Below are positions 29,424 through 38,886 of a stretch of 64,000 nt of DNA, piece after piece. Every line of letters starts with the position of its first letter. The stretch's first letter is position 1. A program made the translations under genes and the position numbers. This DNA is from Opitutaceae bacterium (lineage in GTDB: Bacteria > Verrucomicrobiota > Verrucomicrobiia > Opitutales > Opitutaceae). Under the pieces are notes generated by a model. The model did no database searches and was not told the DNA's origin. It was given only the letters and a program-made list of their open reading frames with translations. The DNA lies in contig JAEUHB010000102.1 of assembly GCA_016794665.1 (NCBI GenBank), forward strand, positions 454-64,453, given 5' to 3'.

Positions 29424-32150
29424 TCAGAACTGGCGGCGGAGCGTGACCTGCCAACGACGGCCGGGCATGGCCTGGGCGAGGGCGTCGCCGAGGGTGTCGC
29501 CGGTGCGGGGCTTGAAGTAGCGTTCGTCGGCGATGTTGAAGAGATCGAACTTCACGGACCACTTTTCGTAGCCGAAGAACACGTTGGCATTGTAGGTCGT
29601 GTTGCGTGGCAGGCGCACGATGCCGAGCCGGCCGGTGTTCACGGCGGAGAGATAGTTGCTGCTGAAGGAGAGGCCGAAGCCATTGCGAAACGTGTAGCCC
29701 GAGGTGAGGGCGGCTTGGATTTCGGGGTTGCCGCCCTTGAGTTTGAAGGCGTCGACGTTTTCTGGGAGGACAACGCGGCTGCGGCCGCCGTAGAGGAAGG
29801 CTTCGGCGGGATAGATGACCTTCCCGCTGGCGGGATCGAGGACGTCCTTGAAGCCGAGGGTGCGGGCGTCGACGAGCATCGTGCCGCCGGAATTGGGCTT
29901 GAACTCGGTCTCCTGCTTGAGCGCGTAGGCGGTGACGAAGAAGCGCTTGGTCGGGACCCACTTGATCTCGAATTCGGCGCCGGTGGTTTTGGTCGAGCTG
30001 GCGAAGGCGCCGGCGGTGGCGGCCGCGGCCGCGGGGTCCTCGTCTGGGGACTGGAGGATGATGCGCGTCTGCTCGTAGACGGAAATCGCGGAGAAAACCG
30101 TGTTGTTGAGGAGGCTCGTCTTGGCGCCGGCCTCCTTCAGTTCGGCGCTGCCGATGTGCCCCGCGGCGATGATGTTGTCGCCGATCCGATTATCACTGCC
30201 ATCGAGCGCGAGGCTGGAGCGGGCGACGGTGACGTAGGCCCGGATGTTCTTCACCAGTTCCTGGGAAAGGCTTGCGCTCCACGAGACGCCGTCATCGCTG
30301 CCCTTGGACGACGTGGTGGCGGTGATCTGCCGGAGTGGATTGGCGTTGGAGGTGCCGGCTCCGCCGAGCGCCCAGACCCCGCCGTAGTTCCAATTGTGGG
30401 CCTTCGACACGTCGTAGCGGCCGCCGATGATCAGGTTGGTGCGGCGCTTGAGATCAATGTCGAACATCACGCCGGCCCCCGCCTCGGTGAATGAGGTGCG
30501 GCCGTGGGAGGTCCAAGGGAAACTGTCGTCGCTCGCGGGATCGGCGTTCTCGAAAGGGTTGGCGAAGGTGGTGTTGGGCACCATGCCGCCACGCTCGTCG
30601 ACCCAGGTGGAGGCCATGGCGTCGGTGCGGTGCGTGCCGTAGTCGCCGCCGCTGCTCTTGGTGTTGGCGCGAGTGTAGCGGAAGTTAACGGACGCGAGGC
30701 TGTTGACGCTGATCCAGTCCTCGGACGGCCGGAGGCGCTTCACGGCGGTGAGCTTGTTCTCCCACAGCAGCACGTCGTTCTTCGGGCTGAACGGTTGGTT
30801 GGAGATTTTGTATTGATCCATGCTGTCGAAGAAAACCTGGTTCTTCACCGTGAAGTCCGGCACGCGGTCGTAGATGAGATCGAAGTAACCGGTGACGAGT
30901 TCGGCGCGGAGGTTGCGCTCGAAGGCGGCGGAGCGACGCATGTCCAGCTGGTCGTAGCCGACCGTGGTGGGATCGAGCACCATGCCGATCGGCACTTGGC
31001 CGTTGCCGGCGTTGGGCCGCGGGCCGCCGATGCCTTGGGCGCGGAGGAGGCCGGTCGGGTCCTTCGACGGATTCGCGACCAGGTAGTTATACAGGTTGAG
31101 CGGGATGCCGCTGACCTTGGGAAACTGACCGACCGGGAGCGGCTTGCCCTGAGCGTCGAGCGGCCAGTTCCACGTCTGGATGAGAGGCAGGTTGTTGCCG
31201 CTGATCGTGCCAGTGACGGGCGACGCGCGAAACATCTCGCGGATGCCGATGACACCGCTGCCGTTGAGGTCGAGGTTCACGAGCGGCGTGCCCCGGACGT
31301 AGCGACCGGTGTCGACGAGGTCTTGCGTAAACCGGCCGGTGAGCGCGCCGGCGGTGCGCGAGACTTGGTAAGAGATGCCGGCCTCAAGCCGCCACTGGCC
31401 GAGCACGTCGTCGAGGCTCAGCGAAGTCTGGAGTATCTCCTGTTCAATCGGCACGCCTTTGGCGAATGACTCGGAGTCCTCGAGCAGGCCGTAGACGTAG
31501 AAGCCGCCGCGGCGTTTGCCGGCGCTGACCGGGCCGCCGTAGCCAAAGGACACTTCGCTGCGATCGTAGGACCCCATGATGGCCTGCGCGAAGCCCTCGG
31601 CCGCGGTGAGATACTTGCCGTTCTTGGCGCGGCCTGACTTCGGTGTGGCGTTGGTGTAACCACCGATCTTGCCCATGCCGAAGATCGGGGACGGCGGGCC
31701 CTTGACGACCTCGATGCTGTCCATGGCGGCAAGCACGCTGCGGGCGTTGCCTTGCAGGGAAAGGCGCCGCATCCCGCGGAAATAGGTATCCGCCGGGACG
31801 TTTCGCACGTCGATGCCGCCTTGGATGCCGAAGCGCGTGGTGGTAAAGACGCCCGGCACGACGCGCGCCAGGTCCTCGACGGCTGAGAGCGAGAAGCGCT
31901 CGATCGTCTCGACGCTGATGAGCGAGGAAGCGCGCGGGGTCTCGAGCAGCGTCTTGCTGAATCCGAACGCGCTTTCGACGGGTTGCGTGGGCAGGAGGAA
32001 ATTGGGGTCGTCGTTTCTTTCGGACGCGACAAACTTCTCGAGGATGACGACGGGATCAGCGGCGGGCCGCTCTTGGGCGGCCGGCGCGGTTTGGGCGTGA
32101 GCGAGGCAGGCGACGGTGGCGAGAAACGTAGCGCGGGCGGATAGCGGCAT
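29424..32150 (-). CDS. TonB-dependent outer-membrane receptor (908 aa)
   Basis: Signal peptide, then plug region ISVETIERFSLSAVEDLARVVPGVFT...IDVRNVPADTYFRGMRR...IEVVKGPPSPIFG. A long beta-barrel and the C-terminal aromatic end ...WQVTLRRQF. Confidence 0.9.
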   Translation of the reverse strand: MPLSARATFLATVACLAHAQTAPAAQERPAADPVVILEKFVASERNDDPNFLLPTQPVESAFGFSKTLLETPRASSLISVETIERFSLSAVEDLARVVPGVFTTTRFGIQGGIDVRNVPADTYFRGMRRLSLQGNARSVLAAMDSIEVVKGPPSPIFGMGKIGGYTNATPKSGRAKNGKYLTAAEGFAQAIMGSYDRSEVSFGYGGPVSAGKRRGGFYVYGLLEDSESFAKGVPIEQEILQTSLSLDDVLGQWRLEAGISYQVSRTAGALTGRFTQDLVDTGRYVRGTPLVNLDLNGSGVIGIREMFRASPVTGTISGNNLPLIQTWNWPLDAQGKPLPVGQFPKVSGIPLNLYNYLVANPSKDPTGLLRAQGIGGPRPNAGNGQVPIGMVLDPTTVGYDQLDMRRSAAFERNLRAELVTGYFDLIYDRVPDFTVKNQVFFDSMDQYKISNQPFSPKNDVLLWENKLTAVKRLRPSEDWISVNSLASVNFRYTRANTKSSGGDYGTHRTDAMASTWVDERGGMVPNTTFANPFENADPASDDSFPWTSHGRTSFTEAGAGVMFDIDLKRRTNLIIGGRYDVSKAHNWNYGGVWALGGAGTSNANPLRQITATTSSKGSDDGVSWSASLSQELVKNIRAYVTVARSSLALDGSDNRIGDNIIAAGHIGSAELKEAGAKTSLLNNTVFSAISVYEQTRIILQSPDEDPAAAAATAGAFASSTKTTGAEFEIKWVPTKRFFVTAYALKQETEFKPNSGGTMLVDARTLGFKDVLDPASGKVIYPAEAFLYGGRSRVVLPENVDAFKLKGGNPEIQAALTSGYTFRNGFGLSFSSNYLSAVNTGRLGIVRLPRNTTYNANVFFGYEKWSVKFDLFNIADERYFKPRTGDTLGDALAQAMPGRRWQVTLRRQF

Positions 32151-32422
32151 GGTGTTGGCGGGTGTGCGATCGCTGATGGGAGCGATGCGGTGTGAGCACC
32201 GTCCCTGCCACCGCTTTGGGCCGGGACCTCATATGAATAACTATCCTGCGACACCCGATGCGCAGAAATGCATGCGGGAAAAGTCCGCGGCGACAGCCGC
32301 GCGCTATTGCTCTGGGTCCGGCGCGCCGCCGCGGCGAGGGCGGCGCCGCTCTGCGAACCCGGCGCAAGCCTTCGGAATCTGCGTGGAGTGCTTTTTCGGG
32401 GGTGGGAGCCGTGCCACGCCAC

Positions 32423-33589
32423 CTAGCCGCCGTAGCACTCGAGATATTTGAGGCCGGTGCTGGTGTTGAAGAGCACGACGACCTCGTCGCGGCGCACGCG
32501 GCCTTCGGCCACGAGCTGCTTCAACGCCGCGTAGCACGCCGCGCCCTCGGGGGCGACGAACACGCCCTCCGCGGCGCCGACCTCACGAGTCGCCGCGATC
32601 ATCGCGGCGTCCGCGACGGCAATCGCGCCGCCGCCGGATTTCCGCAGGGCGCCGAGCATGATGAAGTCGCCGATCGCCTTGGGCACGCGGAGGCCGCTGG
32701 CCTTGGTCTGCGCGCCGAGGTGCTCCGCGGCGAATTTCTCCCCGGTATGAAACGCCCGCACGATCGGCTGGCAGCCGGTGGCTTGCACGCTGAACATCCG
32801 CGGGCGAGCCGAGCCGATCCAGCCGAGGCGCTCCATTTCGTCGAAGGCCTTCCACATGCCGATCAGGCCGGTGCCGCCGCCGGTGGGGTAGAGGATCACG
32901 TCGGGGAGTTTCCAAGCGAGCTGCTCGGCCAGCTCGTAGCCGAGGGTCTTCTTGCCCTCGGCGCGGTAGGGTTCCTTGAGCGTCGAGACATCGAACCAGC
33001 CTTCGGCTGCCTTGCGCTTCGCGACCTCGGCGCCGCAGTCGGTGATGAGGCCGTTGATGAGCGTGACGTGCGCGCCCATCTGCTCGCACTCGATCACATT
33101 GGCGCGCGGCGTGTCGCGGGGCATGAAGATGTGCGCCTCCATCCCGGCGCGCGCGGCGTAGGCGGCGAGGGCGCCGGCGGCGTTGCCGGCGGAGGGCACG
33201 GCGAGTTTTTTCAGGCCGAGCTGCTTCGCCATTGAGACGGCGGTGGTCATGCCGCGGGCCTTGAAGCTGGCGGTGGGATTCTGCGCCTCGTCCTTGATGA
33301 ACAGGTGCGCGAGCCCGTGCTTGGCGCCGAGCCGCGGCGCGGGAAGCAGCGGGGTGAAACCTTCGCCCAGCGTCACGATGTTGGCGGCGTCCCGCACGGG
33401 CAGGACCTCGCGGTAGCGCCAGAGCGACTTTACGCGGCCGGCGAGCGCGGCCTGGGTGAGCGTGCGCCCAGCCGCGGCGAGATCGTAGCGCGCGAACAGC
33501 GGCTTGCCGCAGGCCGTGCAGACATTCTGGGGCGCGGCGGCATCATGGGGTTTCGCGCACGCCGTGCAGGTGAGGTCGATAAGGTGCAT
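32423..33589 (-). CDS. thrC: threonine synthase (PLP-dependent, with N-terminal Cys4 zinc-ribbon)
   Basis: Trimmed to Met 33589 (MHLIDLTCTACAKPHDAAAPQNVCTACGKPL). PLP-lysine block NPTASFKARG, YPTGGGTGLIG and the C-terminal FNTSTGLKY. The listed 646-aa ORF runs into the upstream receptor gene. Confidence 0.8.
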   Translation of the reverse strand: MHLIDLTCTACAKPHDAAAPQNVCTACGKPLFARYDLAAAGRTLTQAALAGRVKSLWRYREVLPVRDAANIVTLGEGFTPLLPAPRLGAKHGLAHLFIKDEAQNPTASFKARGMTTAVSMAKQLGLKKLAVPSAGNAAGALAAYAARAGMEAHIFMPRDTPRANVIECEQMGAHVTLINGLITDCGAEVAKRKAAEGWFDVSTLKEPYRAEGKKTLGYELAEQLAWKLPDVILYPTGGGTGLIGMWKAFDEMERLGWIGSARPRMFSVQATGCQPIVRAFHTGEKFAAEHLGAQTKASGLRVPKAIGDFIMLGALRKSGGGAIAVADAAMIAATREVGAAEGVFVAPEGAACYAALKQLVAEGRVRRDEVVVLFNTSTGLKYLECYGG

Positions 33590-33696
33590 GTGGGGAAAGT
33601 CGCCGCCGATGAGGGTGTGGCGGCGGGGATGTCGAGGATGACCTTCAAGCCGCGTTGGCGCCGACGGCGGAGGGCATCGGCCGCTGTGGGCGTGGC

Positions 33697-36600
33697 CTAA
33701 AACGTGCCGCGCAGGCCGGCGGAGAACTGCACGCCGTAGGTCGTGGCTTGGTAGCGGCGCGCGTAGCCGGGCGTGTCTGGCCCGAAGCGGAGGAGGACCT
33801 CGGGCTCGTTGAACACGTTCTGGGCGTTGAGATAGAGGCCGATGTTCTTCCGGAACTGCCACTCGGCGTTGAGATCGACGGTGGTGCGGGCTTGGCCGTA
33901 TTGGTAGCCGTTGACCGCGGCGACCTGCCCGCCGCGCTGCTGGCCGCGGTAGTTCCACTTGGCGAGGACGGAGAACGGCGCGCGGTTCCAGCTCACGCCC
34001 CAGCTCGCGCTCTGGCGGATGAAGGCGTTGAAGTTGGCCTGCTGGCTGCCGGCGAGGTTGAGCTTGGTGGCGTTGGCGAAAATCTGGAACGGCTTGCCCC
34101 ACTCGCCGAGCGGGCGGAGTGAGTGGCGCGCGTTGAACTCGACGCCTCGGATGCGCGCGACGCCGGCAAGGTTGAACTGCGTGGTGAGCTGCCAGCCGGC
34201 GTATTCGGGGCCGAGCCCGACCTCGGCGAGCTCGGCGGCGGTGGCGAGGCGCGTGGAGCTGCCGAAGAAGTCGCGGATTTCCTTGGCGAAGGCGCCAGCG
34301 CTGAAAAGGCCGCCCGAGGCGGTGTAGTATTCGGCGGAGAAATCGACGTTGTCGGCGGACCACGGCTTCAGGCCCGTGTTGCGGATATTGATCGTGCCCG
34401 GGAGCGGGGGCGGGGCGCCGGGCGTGGTGGGCGGCGGGATGTTCTCGAGGTCCGCCTCGTCGATGGTGGAGTTAGGGACAATGTTGGTGAAATCGGGCCG
34501 GCCGTAGGTCTGGGCGTAGGACAGCCGGGCCTGCAGGTTCTCGCTGACGTTGTAGGTGAGGTGGAGACTAGGGTAGTAGCCTTCGTAGGTCCGAGCCGCG
34601 CGGATCGCGCGTTCGCGGCGGATGAGGCGCAGCTCCTCCATCGAGCCGGCGGCGCCGGCCTCGGTGCGGCGGATGCGCGCGCCGTTGGCCGCGTGGGCGT
34701 AGGAACCGTCGGCGTCGCGGAGCCAGACGGCGTTCGGGTCGTTGAGGACGCCCTGGCCCTTGGCGGAGGTCTTCTCAAAGCGGACGCCGCCGAGCACGCG
34801 GAGCCGGTTCTTGAAAAGACCGGCTTCGGCCTGGGCGTAGAGCGCGGTCACGCCCTCGTAGAGGTTTTCCGAGTTGGTGATGCGGAACGACTCCTCGGCG
34901 ACGAGCTGCGCGGGCGTCTTTTGCCACAGCAACGGATCGGCCTTGAACGCCTCCCACGCCTTGTAGACCGAGATCCACGGCATGTTGCGGAAGCCGTAGC
35001 TCTCCGTCTGGCCGACGTAGGTCGTCATGCCGTAGGGCGCGGGCGAATCGATCGTGGCGGTGTTGTGGTCGGGGCCGGCGTAGGTCCAGTTGATCGACTG
35101 GCGGCGCACGTCGCGCTCCTGGATCCGTTGCGAGCCGCCCATCTGCAGGGCGGCGGGGAAGGCGAGCCACGGGAGGGATTTCCGCACATCGAGCTTGGCG
35201 GTGAGCATGTCGTCGCGGATGTAGCGGGGTGTGGAGTTGGCGGTGTTGAGCCTGAAATTGTTGAGGTTGAAGAAATCGACGTCCTGACCGGCGTTGTCGA
35301 AGAGCTTGATGGTGCGCGGCCGATCTTGGTCGACGTCGGCGAGGAGGAGCCGGGCGGGGTTGCGCAACGCGGTCGCGAGCGTGCGGAAGCGACCGTGGAT
35401 GGTATCCTGATAGCCGCCCTGCGAACGTGAGTAGCCGAGGCCGCTCTCGAGGCGCCAGTCGCCGTTGTCGTAGCGGTAGCGCGTGCTGCCGGCCTTGGTG
35501 TCGAGCTGGTGGCGCACGGAGGCGTGCAGGCCCATGAGGGAGACGCCCGCGCGGCCCGTGGCGCCGCTGGTGAAGTTGTCGCCGAAAGTCAGGGGCACTC
35601 CGCCCACGACGGTGGGCGCGGGGTTGGCGCCAGTGTCGAACGCGGCCGAGGTCGAGGAGCGGTCCGAGACGAAGCGGCTGGCCTCGCCGTTGAACGAAAG
35701 GACGCCGTTGGCCGACACCCGCCAGTCGGCGCGCAGGCCGGCGGAGCTGCGGCGGTTGAGACGCGGGGAGGCGGGGAGCTGGAACTGCTGGAGAAACGGC
35801 CGCGCAAACGTCGCGCCGGTGTTGGCGGCGGTGGCGTTGTGAGCCTTGAGCGCGAGTTGCTGCCACATGTAGCGGTTTTGCACCTGCCCGGTGACGACCA
35901 AGCCGAAATTGCGCGTGACGGGGAGCGTGTAGTCGAAGTTTGCGGACGGGCGCACCATCTGCACGCGGCGATCCGGCGTGTGGGGCTGCGAGCGCAGGCT
36001 CAGGTGGTGCTGATTGCCCGAGAGGCTGGCGGACCAGCGGAGCTGCGCGGTCTTCCGCTCAAACGAGCTCTTGCTGACCATGTTGATCGAGCCGGACATC
36101 GAATCGGCGGGCGTGGAAGGGGTGGGGACCTTGGTCACCTCGAGGCGCGCGAGGTTGTTCATCGAGACCTGCGTGAACTGGAACACGCGCGAGCTGCCCT
36201 GCGGGTTGCCGGTGTTGGCCATCTGCATGCCGTCGCCGGAGACGACCGCCATGCTCGTGGGGAAGCCACGGACCGCGACGGACGACACCGCACTGCCGGA
36301 CTCCGCATCGTATTCTGCCGTGATGCCCGGGAGGAATTTGAGAAACTCTCCCACGTTGCCGTCGGTGACGTCCCCGAATGCGTCCGCAGAGATCACGTTT
36401 TTCAGGTTGGGGGCGAAGCGCTGCTCGTTGGTCGCGATGGAGTCGGCGTTGGTGTCGCGGGAGCTGGCGACCGTGAAGGCGTCGAGTTTCACCGTGCCAT
36501 CCTTGGGGCCGTAGCGCGCCGCGCTGGTGAGGTCGACGTTGCGCTCGATGATCTCGCCGGCGGCGACGGTCACCGTGATTTCCTGCGGGTCGAGACCGGT

Positions 36601-36840
36601 GTAGAAGAACTGCAGCGTGACCGCACCCGCGGCGAGGCCGGGCACACGATAGGTGCCCGATTCGTCGGAGAACACGACGCGGTCAGTGCCGCGCACGGTG
36701 ATTCGCGCGTTGTTGAGATACTGGCCGGTGGCGACGTTTTGCACCCGGCCGGCGATGGCGCCGGTGGTGTCGGCAGCGTGCGCGGACAGCGCGAGCATAA
36801 GGGTTGCGGCGAAGGCGTGGAGACGGAGCGGCGATTTCAT
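33697..36840 (-). CDS. TonB-dependent receptor with N-terminal carboxypeptidase-regulatory-like domain (1047 aa)
   Basis: Trimmed to Met 36840 (MKSPLRLHAFAATLMLALSAHA). GAIAGRVQNVATGQYLNNARITVRGTDRVVFSDESGTYRVPGL (CarbopepD_reg-like). Then plug, barrel and the terminal ...FSAGLRGTF. Confidence 0.9.
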   Translation of the reverse strand: MKSPLRLHAFAATLMLALSAHAADTTGAIAGRVQNVATGQYLNNARITVRGTDRVVFSDESGTYRVPGLAAGAVTLQFFYTGLDPQEITVTVAAGEIIERNVDLTSAARYGPKDGTVKLDAFTVASSRDTNADSIATNEQRFAPNLKNVISADAFGDVTDGNVGEFLKFLPGITAEYDAESGSAVSSVAVRGFPTSMAVVSGDGMQMANTGNPQGSSRVFQFTQVSMNNLARLEVTKVPTPSTPADSMSGSINMVSKSSFERKTAQLRWSASLSGNQHHLSLRSQPHTPDRRVQMVRPSANFDYTLPVTRNFGLVVTGQVQNRYMWQQLALKAHNATAANTGATFARPFLQQFQLPASPRLNRRSSAGLRADWRVSANGVLSFNGEASRFVSDRSSTSAAFDTGANPAPTVVGGVPLTFGDNFTSGATGRAGVSLMGLHASVRHQLDTKAGSTRYRYDNGDWRLESGLGYSRSQGGYQDTIHGRFRTLATALRNPARLLLADVDQDRPRTIKLFDNAGQDVDFFNLNNFRLNTANSTPRYIRDDMLTAKLDVRKSLPWLAFPAALQMGGSQRIQERDVRRQSINWTYAGPDHNTATIDSPAPYGMTTYVGQTESYGFRNMPWISVYKAWEAFKADPLLWQKTPAQLVAEESFRITNSENLYEGVTALYAQAEAGLFKNRLRVLGGVRFEKTSAKGQGVLNDPNAVWLRDADGSYAHAANGARIRRTEAGAAGSMEELRLIRRERAIRAARTYEGYYPSLHLTYNVSENLQARLSYAQTYGRPDFTNIVPNSTIDEADLENIPPPTTPGAPPPLPGTINIRNTGLKPWSADNVDFSAEYYTASGGLFSAGAFAKEIRDFFGSSTRLATAAELAEVGLGPEYAGWQLTTQFNLAGVARIRGVEFNARHSLRPLGEWGKPFQIFANATKLNLAGSQQANFNAFIRQSASWGVSWNRAPFSVLAKWNYRGQQRGGQVAAVNGYQYGQARTTVDLNAEWQFRKNIGLYLNAQNVFNEPEVLLRFGPDTPGYARRYQATTYGVQFSAGLRGTF

Positions 36841-37020
36841 CGGGGTTGGGCGTGGGGTCACGCTGGGGACGAAAGTGGGCCTGGCGGGGCCGAATTCATT
36901 CGAACCGGCGCCGGCGCGCGAGGGGAATCTTGGGCGGTCCGTGGGGGTCGGGAACTGCGCGACGCGTGACGTGCGCCTCGCGACCGGCGTGGGCGCGGCG
37001 GGCTCCTGCTCACCGCCGCC

Positions 37021-37545
37021 TCATGGCGCCGCCGACGGCACGAAGCGCATTTCATCGGCGGCGAGGAACTCGCCGTTGCGCGGGCCGCTGAGGCGGATGT
37101 AGGCGATGGCTGGCGCTTGCACGCGCAGCGTGAACTGCGGCACAGGCTCGGCCGGGCTCTTTCGGCCGGGCACGATGGCGACGGCGGCTTCGTCCACGAG
37201 CTGGTCGTTCGCGTCGAAGGCCTGGAGCTTTGCGGCGCAGCCAGTCGAGCCCCAGAGCACGAGCGTGACCGATGACGCGTTGCGCGGAAGTTTTGCCTGC
37301 AGCGGAACCGCCTGCTCGTTGGCCATGGCGTTGAGGATGCCCTTCCGATCGGTAGAGATATAGAGGAAGAACATCACCCGGCCGACGGCCTTGCTGTTCA
37401 CGGGTGCGCTCGCGAGCGAGAAGACGACACCTTTGTCCGACCACGTCGGCACGGGCTTGCCAATCTCGGCCCGCTCGAAATCGATCACGATTTCCTCCGC
37501 CGCGACACTCGCGGCGGCGGTAAGCACGAAAAGCAGCGGCCTCAT
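37021..37545 (-). CDS. hypothetical exported beta-rich protein, translationally coupled to DUF1552 gene
   Basis: Trimmed to Met 37545 ([18 protein letters not shown]). ATGA overlap with the DUF1552 stop at 37542-37545. 174 aa with alternating beta-strand-like pattern. No family recognised. Confidence 0.6.
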   Translation of the reverse strand: MRPLLFVLTAAASVAAEEIVIDFERAEIGKPVPTWSDKGVVFSLASAPVNSKAVGRVMFFLYISTDRKGILNAMANEQAVPLQAKLPRNASSVTLVLWGSTGCAAKLQAFDANDQLVDEAAVAIVPGRKSPAEPVPQFTLRVQAPAIAYIRLSGPRNGEFLAADEMRFVPSAAP

Positions 37546-38882
37546 GTCATTTCCAGGCCGCGCATCGTGCCGGTGGACGAGGCGAATTTCGACTCCTCGA
37601 GACCCATGCGCTGGAGCATGGAAACAAAGAGATTGGGCAGCGGATAGACTCCTCCCGTGGGATCCAGCGATACGTGCTGGCCGTGGCGGAAGCCACCGCC
37701 GGCGAAGATGGTCGGCATGTTGGTCGTCGAGTGCGCGTTCGCGTCGCCAAGGTTGGAGCCGTAGAGGACCATCGTGCGGTCGAGCAGCGTGTCCTCGCCC
37801 TCGCGCACGGCCTTCAGGTCCTTGAACAGGCGTGCGAGGAGCTTCATGTGCCATTCGTCGAGGGTGCGGAGCTGCGTGAGCTTCTCGTCGGCCTTACCGT
37901 GGTGGGAGAGGTTGTGGTAACTGTCGGTGATCGTCTCGCCCGCGAGCGTGACAACGGGCGTGCCGACGCTGTTGAGCATGAGCGTGACCGCGCGTGTGGA
38001 GTCGGTCTCGAACGCGAGGCGCACGAGGTCATACATCACGCGGACCTTGTCCATGTATTGGGCGGGGTTCGCGGGATCGACGGGTGCGGGGACGGTGACG
38101 ACGGGCTTCGGCTTGCTCTCCCAGCCGCGCGATTCCTGCAAGCGGTGCTCGAGGTCACGGACGCTGGTGAGGTATTGGTCGAGCCGGCTGCGGTCGCGTG
38201 CGCCGAGGTCGCGCTGCAACGCGGCGGCCTGCGCGGCGATGGTGTCGAGGATGCTGCGCCCGCGGTCGAGGTTGCGGATCTGCGCCTGCACCTGCTCGGG
38301 CGTGCCTTGCAGGAAAAGCTGGTTGAACACGTCGGCGGCGCGCTGCTCCGGCGGGATGGCGACGCCGGTGCCCGTCCACGAAAGCGCGCGGCCGCCGCCG
38401 TTGACCGCGAGGGTGAGCGACGGAAAGCGCGTCAGCGTGCCGATGCGCTCCGCGACGAACTGATCGAGCGAGATCGTGTTGCGAAACGAGCTGCTCGCCG
38501 GATGCGGCGCGGCGGTGAGGAAGCTGATGTCAGACGGGTGGCCGCCATCGACATTCGGGTGCGACACGCCGCTGAACACCGTGAAGTCTTTCCGGTGCTC
38601 CTGCAGGAGCGAGAGGTAGGGCGAGGGCGTGTAGTTCGGGCCGCTGTCCGTGGGGAAAAACAAATCCGGGCGCAGGCCGAGATTGTTGCAGATGCCGAAC
38701 ATCCGGCGCGGCTTCGCCTTGGGATCGAGCGGCGACGAGGCGGAGGCGGCGCGCGCGAAAGGCGGCAGCATCGCGTCAAGGAACGGCAGCGAGAGCGCGA
38801 TACCCGTGCCGCGGAGGAAGTGCCGGCGCGACATGGCGCGGCGGGTGGTGACGAACGGAGCGGCGATGGAATGCGGCTTCAT
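37542..38882 (-). CDS. DUF1552 ('HXXSHH') family protein, Tat-exported
   Basis: Twin-arginine motif [18 protein letters not shown] and signature YHNLSHHG. Collinear with the second copy at 56469..57857. It lies 4 nt downstream of the DUF1592-family gene. Confidence 0.85.
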   Translation of the reverse strand: MKPHSIAAPFVTTRRAMSRRHFLRGTGIALSLPFLDAMLPPFARAASASSPLDPKAKPRRMFGICNNLGLRPDLFFPTDSGPNYTPSPYLSLLQEHRKDFTVFSGVSHPNVDGGHPSDISFLTAAPHPASSSFRNTISLDQFVAERIGTLTRFPSLTLAVNGGGRALSWTGTGVAIPPEQRAADVFNQLFLQGTPEQVQAQIRNLDRGRSILDTIAAQAAALQRDLGARDRSRLDQYLTSVRDLEHRLQESRGWESKPKPVVTVPAPVDPANPAQYMDKVRVMYDLVRLAFETDSTRAVTLMLNSVGTPVVTLAGETITDSYHNLSHHGKADEKLTQLRTLDEWHMKLLARLFKDLKAVREGEDTLLDRTMVLYGSNLGDANAHSTTNMPTIFAGGGFRHGQHVSLDPTGGVYPLPNLFVSMLQRMGLEESKFASSTGTMRGLEMT

Positions 38883-38886
38883 GGGA

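Noticed and set aside
32228-32248. Calling the AT-rich island upstream of the receptor a Fur box.
   Set aside because: Only about 10 of 19 positions match the GATAATGATAATCATTATC consensus in my alignment. That is too weak to assert iron regulation.
36841-37020. I looked for a riboswitch (cobalamin, TPP or similar) in the leaders of the TonB receptor genes at 36841..37020, 32151..32422 and 47249..47593.
   Set aside because: I could not find a B12-box-like GCCACTG core, a THI-box (CTGAGA...ACCTGA) or other conserved riboswitch cores by eye. This should still be checked with Rfam/Infernal.
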